From an uncultured Microthrixaceae bacterium (GTDB taxonomy: Bacteria > Actinomycetota > Acidimicrobiia > Acidimicrobiales > VFJN01): a stretch of DNA of 64,000 nt. The stretch spans positions 15,696-79,695 of the forward strand of contig CAVSIC010000005.1 of NCBI GenBank assembly GCA_963727905.1. Direction: 5' to 3'. Shown here piece after piece: positions 1 to 10,061 of the stretch. Within the stretch, counting starts at the first letter, position 1; the number at the start of each line of letters is the position of its first letter. The translations under genes were made by a program, and so were the position numbers. A model generated the notes under the pieces. It was not told the origin of the DNA. It ran no database searches and saw nothing but the letters and a program-made list of their open reading frames with translations.

Positions 1-1
1 G

Positions 2-157
2 ATCGCCGACCCCCTGGTGGGTCGCCGACGACCCACCCTCGAGCAGGAGGGCGGTCGTGGCCTCTGGCTGGTGAACCACCTGTCCGACCTCGTACAGATC
101 CGGTCTCGCCCGGGCCGGACCACGATCACCGCCCGCTGGACGCTCGACCTCCCCTGA
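2..157 (+). CDS. C-terminal fragment of a HATPase_c-type (RsbW/SpoIIAB-like) anti-sigma regulatory or sensor protein; the 5' end lies outside the window
   Basis: Frame 2 reads IADPLVGRRRPTLEQEGGRGLWLVNHLSDLVQIRSRPGRTTITARWTLDLP, then TGA at 155-157. GGRGLWLV resembles the G-box region of SpoIIAB/RsbW-type ATP-binding domains. It is absent from the ORF track because there is no start codon in the window. Confidence 0.4.
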   Translation: MADPLVGRRRPTLEQEGGRGLWLVNHLSDLVQIRSRPGRTTITARWTLDLP

Positions 158-171
158 CGCTGGTTCCGGGC

Positions 172-405
172 TCAGGCTCCGGCGTAGGCGACCACGTCCT
201 GGTCCCGTCCACGCTCGTGGTACTCCTCGTTGAGGGCGTGGACGATGGCGTCGTGGTCGGCGTGGCTGGAGGCCCCGCCGAAGGAGAGGTAGGAGCGAAG
301 CTCGAGCGCCGTGCGCACCCCGCCCAGGGCGAAGTAGGCCAGCCACAGCTCGAACACGGTCAATCCCAGGTCGGCCCGGGCGAGCTCCAGGGGTGCGACG
401 TTCAT
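172..405 (-). CDS. hypothetical 77-aa protein, translationally coupled to the GAF-ANTAR gene
   Basis: Track ORF. Its ATG (403-405) overlaps the stop codon of the upstream gene (402-404) in an ATGA junction. Codon usage is GC3-rich like its neighbours. No family recognised. Confidence 0.5.
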   Translation of the reverse strand: MNVAPLELARADLGLTVFELWLAYFALGGVRTALELRSYLSFGGASSHADHDAIVHALNEEYHERGRDQDVVAYAGA

Positions 406-1118
406 GCGTTCATCCCTTCCGCCGTGTGGCGCACCAGGTCTGCCGCCACGTCGCGCAGCTTGCGGTTCTCACGCTGCGACGCCCGGCGCAGGAGGTCGAA
501 GGCCTCGTCTGCCGTGCAGCGCTGCGTCGCCATCAGGATCCCCTTGGCCTGCTCGATCTCGGCCCGGTGCTCCATGGCCATCGTGAGGTTGGCGGCCTGG
601 TCGAAGGCGCCCCAGTACGCGAGGGCGTTCGACACCACCGTGGAGGCCTGCGCCGCGAAGCTCTGGGCCATGCGCAGGTCGCCGTCGCCGAACGTGCCGC
701 TGTCGCCGCCGTAGAAGTTGATCGCCCCGAACGTGGTGGGGTCTGGCAGCAGGAGGGGGACCGACAGCGCGGAGGCGACGGCGAGGTCCCGTGCCGCCTC
801 GGCGAAGGCGGGCCACTCGGACCGCTCCGCGTCGTCGATCCGCACGACCGTCAGGCCGCGGGCGGCATCGAGGCTGGGCCCGGCGTCCGCCTCGTACTGC
901 GCGGCGTCCAGGGCCATGGCCGTCTCGCTCGTGGCCGTGAGCGTCATCGGCCGGTCGAGCTCGAGGACGGTGATGCTGGCGGCCTTGCAGCCCTCGAGCA
1001 GGGAGCAGCCTCCGGTGGCCACCCCGTTGAGGCTGTCGATGAGGCTGGCGTCGTCGGCCAGGAGCCGCTGGGCGGCATGGGTGACACGGGCGAGGGAGCG
1101 GTCCTGGCGGTCGGTCAT
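402..1118 (-). CDS. GAF domain plus ANTAR domain RNA-binding regulator
   Basis: 238-aa ORF. The C-terminal region AEIEQAKGILMATQRCTADEAFDLLRRASQRENRKLRDVA is a typical ANTAR signature. The N-terminal 150 aa look GAF-like. Confidence 0.85.
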   Translation of the reverse strand: MTDRQDRSLARVTHAAQRLLADDASLIDSLNGVATGGCSLLEGCKAASITVLELDRPMTLTATSETAMALDAAQYEADAGPSLDAARGLTVVRIDDAERSEWPAFAEAARDLAVASALSVPLLLPDPTTFGAINFYGGDSGTFGDGDLRMAQSFAAQASTVVSNALAYWGAFDQAANLTMAMEHRAEIEQAKGILMATQRCTADEAFDLLRRASQRENRKLRDVAADLVRHTAEGMNA

Positions 1119-1136
1119 CGGATCCGGGGGCGGCCG

Positions 1137-1484
1137 TCAGGCCGGCTCGGAGATCCCGTCGTCGAACACGCGGTCGGTGACGGGGATGAGCCGGTCGACC
1201 CCGGACACCTCGAGGATCCGTCGAGCCGTTGGCTGGGGGTTGGCGATGATGAGCTCCCGGAGCTCCGGCCCGAACCGCCGGTGCGTGTGGACGAACAGGT
1301 TGAGGCCGGACGAGTCGAGGAACTCGAGGTCCCTGAGGTCGAGGAGGACGCGGCGGACGCCGTCGTCGACCGCCTCGAGGCAGGTCCGGAGGACGTCGAC
1401 GGTCGAGATGTCGAGAGGTCCGGAGAGGCAGAGCCTCAGTGCGCCGGGCTCGGCGCGAACGTCAACGGTGAGCTGTTGTGACAT
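1137..1484 (-). CDS. STAS-domain anti-sigma-factor antagonist (SpoIIAA/RsbV-like)
   Basis: 115 aa from ATG 1482-1484 (MSQQLTVDV...). The segment LLDLRDLEFLDSSGLNLF carries the phosphorylatable Ser context DSSG. GGAGA lies 6 nt upstream of the ATG. The longer track ORF (to 2201) is an unsupported 5' extension. Confidence 0.85.
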   Translation of the reverse strand: MSQQLTVDVRAEPGALRLCLSGPLDISTVDVLRTCLEAVDDGVRRVLLDLRDLEFLDSSGLNLFVHTHRRFGPELRELIIANPQPTARRILEVSGVDRLIPVTDRVFDDGISEPA

Positions 1485-1616
1485 GCAGGTCTCCAGTGCC
1501 GGATTGCGGCGTCGTCCCTGCATGTTCAAGAACGCTTCGACCGTACACCCCCTGTCACGCGGGCCACGTTCGGGTGGTTCGCGGCCTACCATTGCCGGGC
1601 CGTAGGAGGATCCCCC

Positions 1617-2300
1617 GTGGCCAACGCCGGCTGGTACAACGACGAGACCGATCCCACCCTCGCCCGGTGGTTCGACGGCGTCGCCTGGACCGAGCACGCC
1701 GTCGTGAAGGCCGACTGGGAGGCGATCGGGCAGCCGCCGCCCCCGCCCGTGGAGCTCGCCGCCGGCGCCGCGCCCCGATCCGGCCGGATGCGCATGGCGG
1801 TGGGCTCGGCCGCGGTGGCCGCCGTGCTCGTGGTGGCAGGCGTCGCGCTGGCCCAGGACGGCGACGATCCGCCGGCCGACGATCGGCCCACCACCCAGGA
1901 CCGGGATGCGGTCGAGCGCTTCGGCGACGAGGTGGACGTCGTCGGCGACACGGTCGGTGACCTCTCCACGGACGTCAGCGCATCCGAGGACGACGGCTCG
2001 GCTGGTGCTTCGGGTGGAGGCGGCTCGACGAAGAAGACGAGCAGCTCCACCAAGACGACCACGCGCTCCGGCACCGTCACGCGGACGGAGACGCGCAGCG
2101 AGAGCCACGTGATCCCTGGCACGAGCCAGGCGGTCGGCAGCGGGGACCAGACCGACGTCGGCAACAGCGGCAGCAAGAACATCGACTTCGACTACGTCCA
2201 AGAGGATCCGCCGCCTCCGCCTCCGGAGGAGGAGCCGACCACCCCGCCGCCCGACGAGCCTCCGCCCGACGGCGGAACCACCGACAGCGATGGGCCCTAG
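1617..2300 (+). CDS. DUF2510-type membrane-anchored protein with Ser/Thr- and Pro-rich tail
   Basis: GTG start preceded by AGGAGGA. The N-terminus GWYNDETDPTLARWFDGVAWTEH matches the DUF2510 GWYxD...WDGxxWT pattern. One TM helix (AVGSAAVAAVLVVAGVALA). C-terminal PPPPPPEEEPTTPPPDEPPPD. Confidence 0.7.
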   Translation: MANAGWYNDETDPTLARWFDGVAWTEHAVVKADWEAIGQPPPPPVELAAGAAPRSGRMRMAVGSAAVAAVLVVAGVALAQDGDDPPADDRPTTQDRDAVERFGDEVDVVGDTVGDLSTDVSASEDDGSAGASGGGGSTKKTSSSTKTTTRSGTVTRTETRSESHVIPGTSQAVGSGDQTDVGNSGSKNIDFDYVQEDPPPPPPEEEPTTPPPDEPPPDGGTTDSDGP

Positions 2301-2314
2301 GCCCGAGGAGCTTG

Positions 2315-3340
2315 ATGCCTGAGGACCGTCGACTCGTCCCCCTGTCCGCCGAGGGGTTCGGGCGCCAGGGCAAGCGCGTGCTCCGCCTGGGGGCGCTCGT
2401 CGTGGTCGGCATCGTGCTGCTGACCTTCGTCGGACTGCTGTTCGGCGCCTGGCGGTCGACCCCGGTCGACAAGATCGGGCTCCACTACTCCGGTGGCCCG
2501 ATCGAGGGCACGAAGTTCCAGAAGGTCGTGCCGCCCGGGTCGGGCCGCCGCTTCCTGGGCTTCGCCGACAGCCTGATCCTGCTGCCGGTGACGCAGCGGG
2601 ACTACACCGCGAGTGGCGCCGGGGGCGCCGACGGCCCGCCGATCGTGGCGCCGGCCCGTGGCGGCGTGGAGATGCAGTTCGACGTGGCGGCGTACTTCAC
2701 GCTCAACACCGGCGACCAGGCGGTGCGCCAGTTCTACGAGCGCGTGTGCGTGAAGTTCTCGTGCGACACGGACGACGGCTGGGACGAGATGCTCCGGGTC
2801 AACTTCCGCGGTCCCATCGAGCAGGCGATCCAGCAGGAGGTGCGCGGCTTCACGGTCGACCAGCTCTACGCCGGCGTCTCCAACGTCACCGCGCCGATCG
2901 CCGAGGACGACGAGGCCGTCGCCATCCTCGAGCAGGTGCAGGACCGCATCGCCGCGGATCTGAAGGAGAACATCAACACCATCCTCGGCGGCGCCTACTT
3001 CTGCGGTCCGACGTTCAACCGCGCCGACCCGGAGGACTGCCCCGACTTCGAGTTCCAGATCACCTCCGCGGTGCCCACCAGCGACGCCGTCCGCAACGCG
3101 TACGCCACGAACTCCGCGTCGGCCCAGGCCGTGATCGACGCCCAGAACCGGGCCCGGGCGGCGGTGGAGGAGGCCAACGGCCAGCGCCAGGCCCAGGAGG
3201 CGCTCCAGGGCCTGTACAGCGATCCGGCCTACATCGCCTACCTCAAGGCGCTCGCCCTCCAGGAGTGCGCCAAGAACGAGAACTGCACGCTGGTGGTGAG
3301 CGACGACGCCTCCGGAGTCAACGTCAACGTCGGCGGATAG
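2315..3340 (+). CDS. SPFH/band-7-like membrane protein
   Basis: ATG 2315 lies 4 nt after GAGGAG (the track ORF starts at TTG 2312). N-terminal TM helix (LGALVVVGIVLLTFVGLLFGA), then an SPFH-like body and a coiled-coil-like segment AQAVIDAQNRARAAVEEANGQRQAQEAL. Family call is from overall pattern only. Confidence 0.55.
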   Translation: MPEDRRLVPLSAEGFGRQGKRVLRLGALVVVGIVLLTFVGLLFGAWRSTPVDKIGLHYSGGPIEGTKFQKVVPPGSGRRFLGFADSLILLPVTQRDYTASGAGGADGPPIVAPARGGVEMQFDVAAYFTLNTGDQAVRQFYERVCVKFSCDTDDGWDEMLRVNFRGPIEQAIQQEVRGFTVDQLYAGVSNVTAPIAEDDEAVAILEQVQDRIAADLKENINTILGGAYFCGPTFNRADPEDCPDFEFQITSAVPTSDAVRNAYATNSASAQAVIDAQNRARAAVEEANGQRQAQEALQGLYSDPAYIAYLKALALQECAKNENCTLVVSDDASGVNVNVGG

Positions 3341-3430
3341 CCGCCTGGTCCATTCGGCGGGGTCGTCCCGAGGTGTGCGGATTGCCTGATCCGGAAATGA
3401 CCCTTTGGGGCCATGGGCGTTTCTCCCATT

Positions 3431-3444
3431 CGACCGTACGGTCG
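3431..3444. promoter_or_regulatory. perfect 14-nt palindrome CGACCGTACGGTCG upstream of the ABC importer operon (candidate operator)
   Basis: Read directly at 3431-3444, 44 nt before the ATG at 3488, in the 147-nt intergenic region. Confidence 0.3.
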
Positions 3445-3487
3445 GTACGAGCCGGTGAACCCGGCGGAACCAGTGGGGGGACCACAC

Positions 3488-5097
3488 ATGTCACAGCACG
3501 CCCGACCGCGCCGAACGCGCATCGTTGCCCTCGGACTCGGCCTCGCGCTGCTCGCGGCGGCCTGCGGCGGTGGTGACGACGACGGCTCCTCCGGGGGGAC
3601 CGGCACCACCGAGCCGAAGGCCGGCACCCCGCAGAAGGGCGGCGAGCTCACCTTCGCCACCGAGTCCGACGTCGCCAGCCTCGAGCCGGGCGTGGCCGCC
3701 CAGCCCGCCGACAAGGTCATCACGCTCGGGATCTACGACCCCCTGATGACCTATGAGGACGGCGAGCTGGTGCCGTTCCTCGCCAAGTCGCTGGAGGCCG
3801 GCGACGACCTCACGACCTACGAGATGGAGCTGCGCCCGGACGTCACGTTCCACGACGGCACACCGCTCAACGCCGACGCCGTGGTCAAGCACTTCGACCG
3901 CCTCAAGGACCCGGCCACCAAGTGCCCGTGCCAGGCCCTGGTGAGCATCATCGAGTCGATGGACGTCCCCGACGGGGGCGACGGGCTCGAGGTCACCTTC
4001 AACCTGGCCAACCCGAGCGTGGCCTTCGGCGACCTCCTGGCCCAGTCGAGCGGCTACATCGAGTCGCCCACCGCGGTGGCCGCCCTCGGCGCCGACTTCA
4101 AGAACAAGCCCGTCGGCACCGGCCCCTTCACGCTCACCGAGTTCACGCCCGGCGAGCGCGTGGTGCTCAGCGCCTACCCGGGCTACTGGGGCAAGGACGA
4201 CGACGGGATCCAGCTGCCGTACCTCGACAAGCTGACGATCGTCCCGATCCCCGACAGCGGCCAGCGAGTGGCCGCCCTGGAGACCGGCGACATCGACCTC
4301 TTCCAGACCGCCGACTCGGGCACCATCGCCCAGGCCGAGGAGCAAGGGCTTCGAGGCCCAGAGGATCAGCGGCTCCAGCTCGACCGTGGTCCTGTTCAAC
4401 AACGCCAAGCCGCCGTTCGACGACGTGAAGGCCCGCCAGGCGCTGGCCTACGCCCTCAACAAGGACGTGATGAACGAGCGGCTGTACTCCGGCGTGCGCG
4501 AGCCGAGCTACTCGGCCTTCGCCACTGACTCGGCGTACTACAACCCCGACGCCGGCACGCCGAAGTACGACCTCGAGAAGGCCAAGGCCCTGGTCGAGGA
4601 CCTCGGCGGCCTGAAGTTCTCGATCGCCTGCATCCCGACGCCCGAGGCGGACGGCATCCTCCAGCTCGTCAAGCAGATGGGCGAGCAGGCCGGGATGAAG
4701 ATCACCCTCGAGACCCAGGAGCAGGGCGCCTACGTCAACCGCATCTTCGCCAAGGGCGGGGACTACGAGGCGGCCTGCTTCCGGACGACCCACTTCATCG
4801 AGCCGGACGCCTGGCGCCCCGGCCTCACCACCGACGACACCGCGAACCTGATCTTCTACAGCAACCCCAAGGTCGACAAGCTGCTCGACGAGGCCCGCCA
4901 GACCGCCGACGTCGACGAGCGCCAGGCGCGCTACTTCGAGGCCCAGGAGATCACCGGCGAGGAGGTCCCCGCGCCTGACCACGCTGTACGACCTGTTCGG
5001 CAACGTGTACGACGCCGACAAGGTCGGTCCGCCGCCCGCCGGCGAGGCCAACTCGCTCGGAGCCATCAAGCCGGGCCTGCTGTACGCGGTGAAGTAG
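3488..5097 (+). pseudogene. ABC transporter substrate-binding protein, family 5 (peptide/nickel type), reading frame broken twice as sequenced
   Basis: The N-terminus MSQHARPRRTRIVALGLGLALLAAACGGGDDDG contains a lipobox. The family-5 SBP sequence continues across a frame change near 4347 (...AQAEEQG / FEAQRISGSSSTVVLFNNAKPPFDD) and another near 4968 (...ITGEEV / PRLTTLYDLFGNVYDADKV...LLYAVK, stop 5095-5097). Both breaks sit at short G or C runs. Confidence 0.8.
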
Positions 5098-5104
5098 CCC
5101 GGCG

Positions 5105-6094
5105 GTGCCGGGGATCGCCATGCCGCTGCTGACCAAGGTGCTCGCCCGCGTGGGCAAGCTGCTCGGTGTCGTCCTGATCGTGAGCTTCCTCACGTTCGGC
5201 CTCACCAAGCTGCTCCCGGGTGACCCTGCGGCGACGATCCTCGGCTCCGAGGCCTCCAACCCTGCATCGGTCGCCGCGCTCCGGGAGGACCTCGGGCTCG
5301 ACAAGCCCTTCCTCTCCGCAGTACGTCGACTACGTGGGCGGCGTCGTCACCGACCTCGACCTCGGCCGGGCGTACTCCAACGGCTTCGAGGTCAGCGAGC
5401 TCCTCGGCCAACCGGCTCCCGGCCACGATCGAGCTGATCTTGCTCGCCCAGCTGCTCGCCCTGCTGATCTCCGTGCCGGTGGCGCTCTTCAGCGCCTACC
5501 GGGCGGAGTCGCTCGCCGACCGGGCCATCACGGCTGGGGCCTTCGGCCTCATCTCGGTGCCGAGCTTCGCGATGGCGGTGCTGCTCGTCTACGTGTTCTC
5601 CATCCAGCTCGGGTGGTTCCCGGCGGTCGGGTACGACCGCATCACCGGGCCGGGCGGCCTCAGCGAGAACCTGCGCTCGGTGGCGCTGCCCGTCGCGGTC
5701 CTCGTGACGGGCCTCACCGCCGTGTACACCCGCGTGCTGCGCAGCGACCTCATCGCCACGCTCCAGGAGGACTTCATGCTCATGGCCCGCTCGAAGGGCC
5801 TGCCGACCTGGCACCTCCTCGCTGCGCCACGCGCTGCGGCCGTCGTCGTTCTCGCTGCTCACGGTCTTCGGCATCAACTTCGGCGCGCTGATCGGCGGGT
5901 CCGTGATCGTCGAGTACTACTTCTCGATCCCCGGCATCGGGCAGCTGGCCATCGAGTCGATCAGCAAGCGCGACTACCTCGCCGTCCAGGGCGTGGTGCT
6001 GGTGGTGGCGGTCGCCTTCGTGCTCGTGAACTTCGCCGTCGACGTCCTCTACTCGGTGCTCGACCCGCGGGTCCGCAAGGCGCCGGCCCGATGA
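5105..6094 (+). pseudogene. ABC importer permease (DppB/OppB-like), at least 3 frame breaks
   Basis: Permease sequence is spread over three frames. Pieces: MPLLTKVLARVGKLLGVVLIVSFLTFGLTKLLPGDPA...; QYVDYVGGVVTDLDLGRAYSNGFEVSELL; LLAQLLALLISVPVALFSAYRA...LQEDFMLMARSKGLPTWHLL; RHALRPSSFSLLTVFGINFGALIGGSVIVEYYFSIPGIG...LDPRVRKAPAR. Breaks near 5315, 5410 and 5820. Confidence 0.8.
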
Positions 6095-6941
6095 AGCGTG
6101 CCGCCGCGCACGCCGTCCGCGGCGGCTCGGGCCTGGCTGGCTCGCGTGCCGGCTGGCTCGCCTCATCTCGGCGTCGCTGCTCGCCCCCTGGCTGCCCCTC
6201 GACGACCCCCGGGTGACCGACTTCTCGGTCCTGCAGAACAACGCCACCCCCGGCACCGCCGGCCACCTCCTCGGCACCGACCAGAACGGCTTCGACATCC
6301 TCTCCCGTCTCGTGTGGGGCGGCCGGGTGTCGCTGATCGTCGCCTTCGGCGTGCTCGCCATCGGCATGACCGTGGGCGGCGCGATCGGCCTGGTGGCCGG
6401 CTACGCCCGGGGCCGCGTCGAGTCGCTGCTCATGGGGGTCGTCGACATCCTGCTGGCCTTCCCCGCCCTGATCCTGCTGATCGCGATCGTGGCGTTCATG
6501 GGCGCCGACCTCGTGAACGTGGTGCTCGGCATCTCGCTCGTGTCGATCCCGGCCTTCGCCCGCATCGCCCGTGCCACCACCCTCACGTTCGCCTCCCGGG
6601 ACTTCGTGCTCGCCGCCACGCGCGTCGGGGGCCACCAACCGACGGATCGTGATGCGCGAGATCCTCCCCAACGTGTTCCTGCCGCTGCTGGCCTTCGGGC
6701 TCCTCATCGTGGCCATCGCCATCGTGGCCGAGGGGAGCCTCGCCTTCCTCGGGCCTCACCTCGCAGGAGACGATCAGCTGGGGCGGGATGATCAACGGCG
6801 GCCGGCGGGCCCTCCAGCAGGACGACGTCGCCCACACCAGCCTGATCCCCGCCGTGGCGATGTTCCTCACGGTCCTCGTCGGTGAACTTCCTGGGCGACC
6901 GCTTCCGGGCCGCCTTCGACGTGCGGGAGGCGAACCTGTGA
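6091..6941 (+). pseudogene. ABC importer permease (DppC/OppC-like), at least 4 frame breaks
   Basis: Its ATG overlaps the upstream TGA (ATGA at 6091-6094). Pieces: LISASLLAPWLPLDDPRVTDFSVLQNNATPGTAGHLLGTDQNGFDILSRLVWGGRVSLIVAF...; [41 protein letters not shown]; [18 protein letters not shown]...; [18 protein letters not shown]. Breaks near 6160, 6625, 6760 and 6880. Confidence 0.8.
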
Positions 6942-8066
6942 ACCCGCGCGACGTCGACGACGACCTCGAGGAGGAAGAGGGCCTCAGCCGCCGCGAGATG
7001 CGGATCACGCGGCGCGAGCGGATCGAGCGGGCCGCGCGCGCCGCCCGCCTCGAGGCGCTGCCGCCCGAGTACGAGGGCACGCTCCTCGAGGTGGAGGACC
7101 TGCGCACCAGCTTCCGCACCCCCCGCGGCACCGTCCGGGCGGTCGACGGCGTGTCCCTCACCGTGGACGCGCGGGACCGTGCTCGGCATCGTCGGCGAGT
7201 CGGGGTCGGGCAAGACCGTGCTGGCTCGCTCGATCATGGGACTGCTGACCGCCGAGCAACGTGGAGCGCAGCGGCTCGGTCCGCTACGAGGGGACGCGAG
7301 CTGATCGGGGCCCCTCCCGCCGAGCTGCGGCGCCTCTGGGGCACCGAGATGGCGATGGTGTTCCAGGACCCGATGACCTCGCTCAACCCCGTGATGCGCA
7401 TCGGCCGCCAGATCACCGAGGGGATGCGCTACCACCTCGGCCTGTCGAAGGAGGCGGCGCAGGTGGTGGCCGTGAAGCTGCTCTCCGACGTGGGGATCCC
7501 CGACCCGGAGCGAGCGGCTGCGCCAGTACCCGCACGAGCTGTCGGGGGGCATGCGGCAGCGGGTCACGATCGCCATCGCGCTGGCCACCGGGCCGAAGCT
7601 GCTGCTGGCCGACGAGCCCACCACGGCGCTCGACGTCACCGTGCAGGCCCAGATCCTCGACCTGCTCCAGCGCGCAGCAGCGCGAGCGCTACATGGCGAT
7701 GGTCCTCGTCACCCACGACCTCGGCGTGGTGGCCGGCCGCACCGACGAGATCATCGTGATGTACGCCGGCCAGGTCGTGGAGCGGGCCCCCACGACCACG
7801 CTCTTCACGAAGGTGAAGATGCCCTACACCGAGGCGCTGCTCGCCTCGATCCCGAGCCTGTCGGCGCCCGAGCCACGAACGGCTCCGGGTGATCACCGGC
7901 CGCCCGCCGGACCTCATCGACCCGCCGACCGGCTGCCGGTTCGCGGCCCGGTGCCCGTACGCCCGGGCGAAGTGCCGGACCGAGCAGCCGCCGCTCGATC
8001 GAGGCCGAGACGCCCGGCCACCTCTACCGCTGCTGGTATCCCGTCCCCGATCAGGTGGCCTCCTGA
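6938..8066 (+). pseudogene. ABC importer ATPase (DppD/OppD-like), about 7 frame breaks
   Basis: GTG overlaps the upstream TGA (GTGA at 6938-6941). The Walker [46 protein letters not shown] and the C-terminal [18 protein letters not shown] lie in different frames. Breaks near 7168, 7255, 7297, 7510, 7668, 7875 and 8000. Confidence 0.8.
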
Positions 8067-9160
8067 TGGCCGGCACCGGCACGGCCCACCTGCACCCCGC
8101 CGACGAGGCCCTCCTGCGCGTCGAGGACCTCGAGGTCACCTTCGCCACCGCCGCCGGCAAGGTGCAGGCGGTGTCGGGCATCAGCCTCGACCTGCGGGCG
8201 GGGCGAGACGCTCGGCCTCGTCGGCGAGTCGGGCTGCGGCAAGTCCACGACCGGCAAGGCCGTGCTCCAGCTCCCGCCCCCGACCGCGGGCCGCGTGGTC
8301 TTCGAGGGCACGGACCTCACCGGTCTGCAGCGGCTCGACCCTGCGCGACGTGCGGCCGCGGCTGCAGTGCGTGCTCCAGGACCCGATCTCCTCGCTCAAC
8401 CCGCGGCGCCGCGTGCGCGACATCGTCCGCGAGCCGCTGCGCATCTGGGACCGGGGGAGCGATGCCGAGCAGGTGGCGCTGGTGGACGAGGTGCTCGACG
8501 CGGTCGGCCTCGACCCCGAGGTCGCCGGGCCGAAGCGCCCGCACGAGTTCTCCGGGGGCCAGTGCCAGCGCATCTCGATCGCCCGTTCGCTGGTGCTCGA
8601 TCCCGAGCCTGCTGATCTGCGACGAGCCGGTGTCGGCCCTCGACGTGTCCGTGCAGGCCCAGATCCTGAACCTGCTCGAGGACATGAAGGCCCGCTACGG
8701 GCTGACGATGGTGTTCATCGCCCACGACCTCGCCGTGGTCCGGAACATCAGCGACCGCGTGGCGGTGATGTACCTCGGCAAGCTGTGCGAGGTCGGCCCG
8801 CCCGAGCAGGTGTACCGCTCGCCCCGGCACCCGTACACGGCCGCACTGCTCCGATCGATCCCCGTCGCCGACCCCACCGTCCGGCCGACCGCCGACGGGC
8901 TGCTCCGCGGCGACCTGCCGTCGCCGCTCGACCCGCCGTCGGGCTGCCGCTTCCGCACCCGCTGCCCGCGGGCCGAGGCCCGGTGCGCGGCGGAGGAGCC
9001 GGAGATGCGGTCGATGGGCGAGGGCCACCACGTCGCCTGCCACTTCCCGCTCGATGCGGCGGAGGCAGAGACCGTGGCGGCGGCCGCGGGAGCGGCGGAG
9101 GCGTCGGTGACCGAGCTCGCGGCGCCCAAGGTCAGACGGGGCGGTCGCCGATCACCGTGA
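8066..9160 (+). pseudogene. ABC importer ATPase (DppF/OppF-like), about 3 frame breaks
   Basis: ATG overlaps the upstream TGA (TGATG at 8064-8068). The Walker [51 protein letters not shown] and [18 protein letters not shown] are found in shifted frames. Breaks near 8205, 8328 and 8607. Confidence 0.8.
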
Positions 9161-10061
9161 TGCGCTCCATCACCCGTCGCTGCGGGGCGTAGTCCGAGAT
9201 GGCGTAGTGCTGGGTGGAGCGGTTGTCCCAGAACGCGATGTCGCCGGCTCGCCAGCGCCAGCGGCACTGGTACTCCGGGAAGCTCGCCTGGTTGTAGAGG
9301 ATCTCGAGGAGCTGCCGGCTCTCGTCCGGGTCCACGTCGACCAGGCGCTGGGTGAAGGCCCGGTTCACGTAGAGGGTGCGGCGACCGGTCTCGGGGTGGG
9401 TGCGCACCACCGGGTGGTGGGCGGGCGGGAAGTCCTTGCGCAGCTCCGCCTTCCGCTCGGAGTCCATGAACTGGCCGAACGTGACGATCCAGTCGTGTTC
9501 GGCGACCAGGCCGTCGACCCGGTCGCGGACGAAGGCGGGCAGCCGGTCGTAGGCGGCGCCCATGTCGGCCCAGCACGTGTCGCCGCCGGTCTCGGGCACC
9601 TCGATCGCTCGTAGGACCGATCCGAGCGAGGGGACCTCCCGCCAGGTGACGTCGCTGTGCCAGGTGTTCTCGTAGCCGCTGAAGCTCTCGTTCTTCTCGA
9701 GGCGGACGACCTCGGGGGCCTCCTCGCGCTGGTCGTCGCGCAGCCCGATGAAGGGGTGGGACTCGAGCGGTCCCCAGTGGGCGGCGAAGGCGGCCTGCTG
9801 CTGCGGGGTGAGGTCCTGGTCGCGGAAGAAGATGACCTTCCACTCGAGCAGCGCCCGGTTGAGCTGGTGGAAGAGCTCCTCGTCGACGGGGTCGGCGAGC
9901 GACACGCCGCCGATCACCGCGCCGATGGTCGGAGCGAGCGGCGACACCGTGAAGCGGGTGTACGGCTCGTCGACCCACCCCTCCGGCGTGCGGCTGGCGA
10001 TCCGCGGTCCGGGCACGTGGAGCGCGAACGGGTTCGAGGCGGCCTGGTCGAGCACGGTCAT
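9132..10061 (-). CDS. TauD/TfdA-family Fe(II)/2-oxoglutarate-dependent dioxygenase
   Basis: 309 aa from ATG 10059-10061. Contains WHSDVTW (His-x-Asp facial-triad context), GGDTCWADM and [11 protein letters not shown], typical of TauD. The remaining N-terminal part of the 612-aa track ORF runs antisense through the TetR gene and is rejected. Confidence 0.85.
   Translation of the reverse strand: MTVLDQAASNPFALHVPGPRIASRTPEGWVDEPYTRFTVSPLAPTIGAVIGGVSLADPVDEELFHQLNRALLEWKVIFFRDQDLTPQQQAAFAAHWGPLESHPFIGLRDDQREEAPEVVRLEKNESFSGYENTWHSDVTWREVPSLGSVLRAIEVPETGGDTCWADMGAAYDRLPAFVRDRVDGLVAEHDWIVTFGQFMDSERKAELRKDFPPAHHPVVRTHPETGRRTLYVNRAFTQRLVDVDPDESRQLLEILYNQASFPEYQCRWRWRAGDIAFWDNRSTQHYAISDYAPQRRVMERITVIGDRPV

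Noticed and set aside
3488-9160. Programmed ribosomal frameshifting to explain broken frames
   Set aside because: There are about 20 breaks in one operon, and dozens in unrelated genes. They go in both directions and have no slippery heptamers or downstream structures, so they cannot all be programmed.
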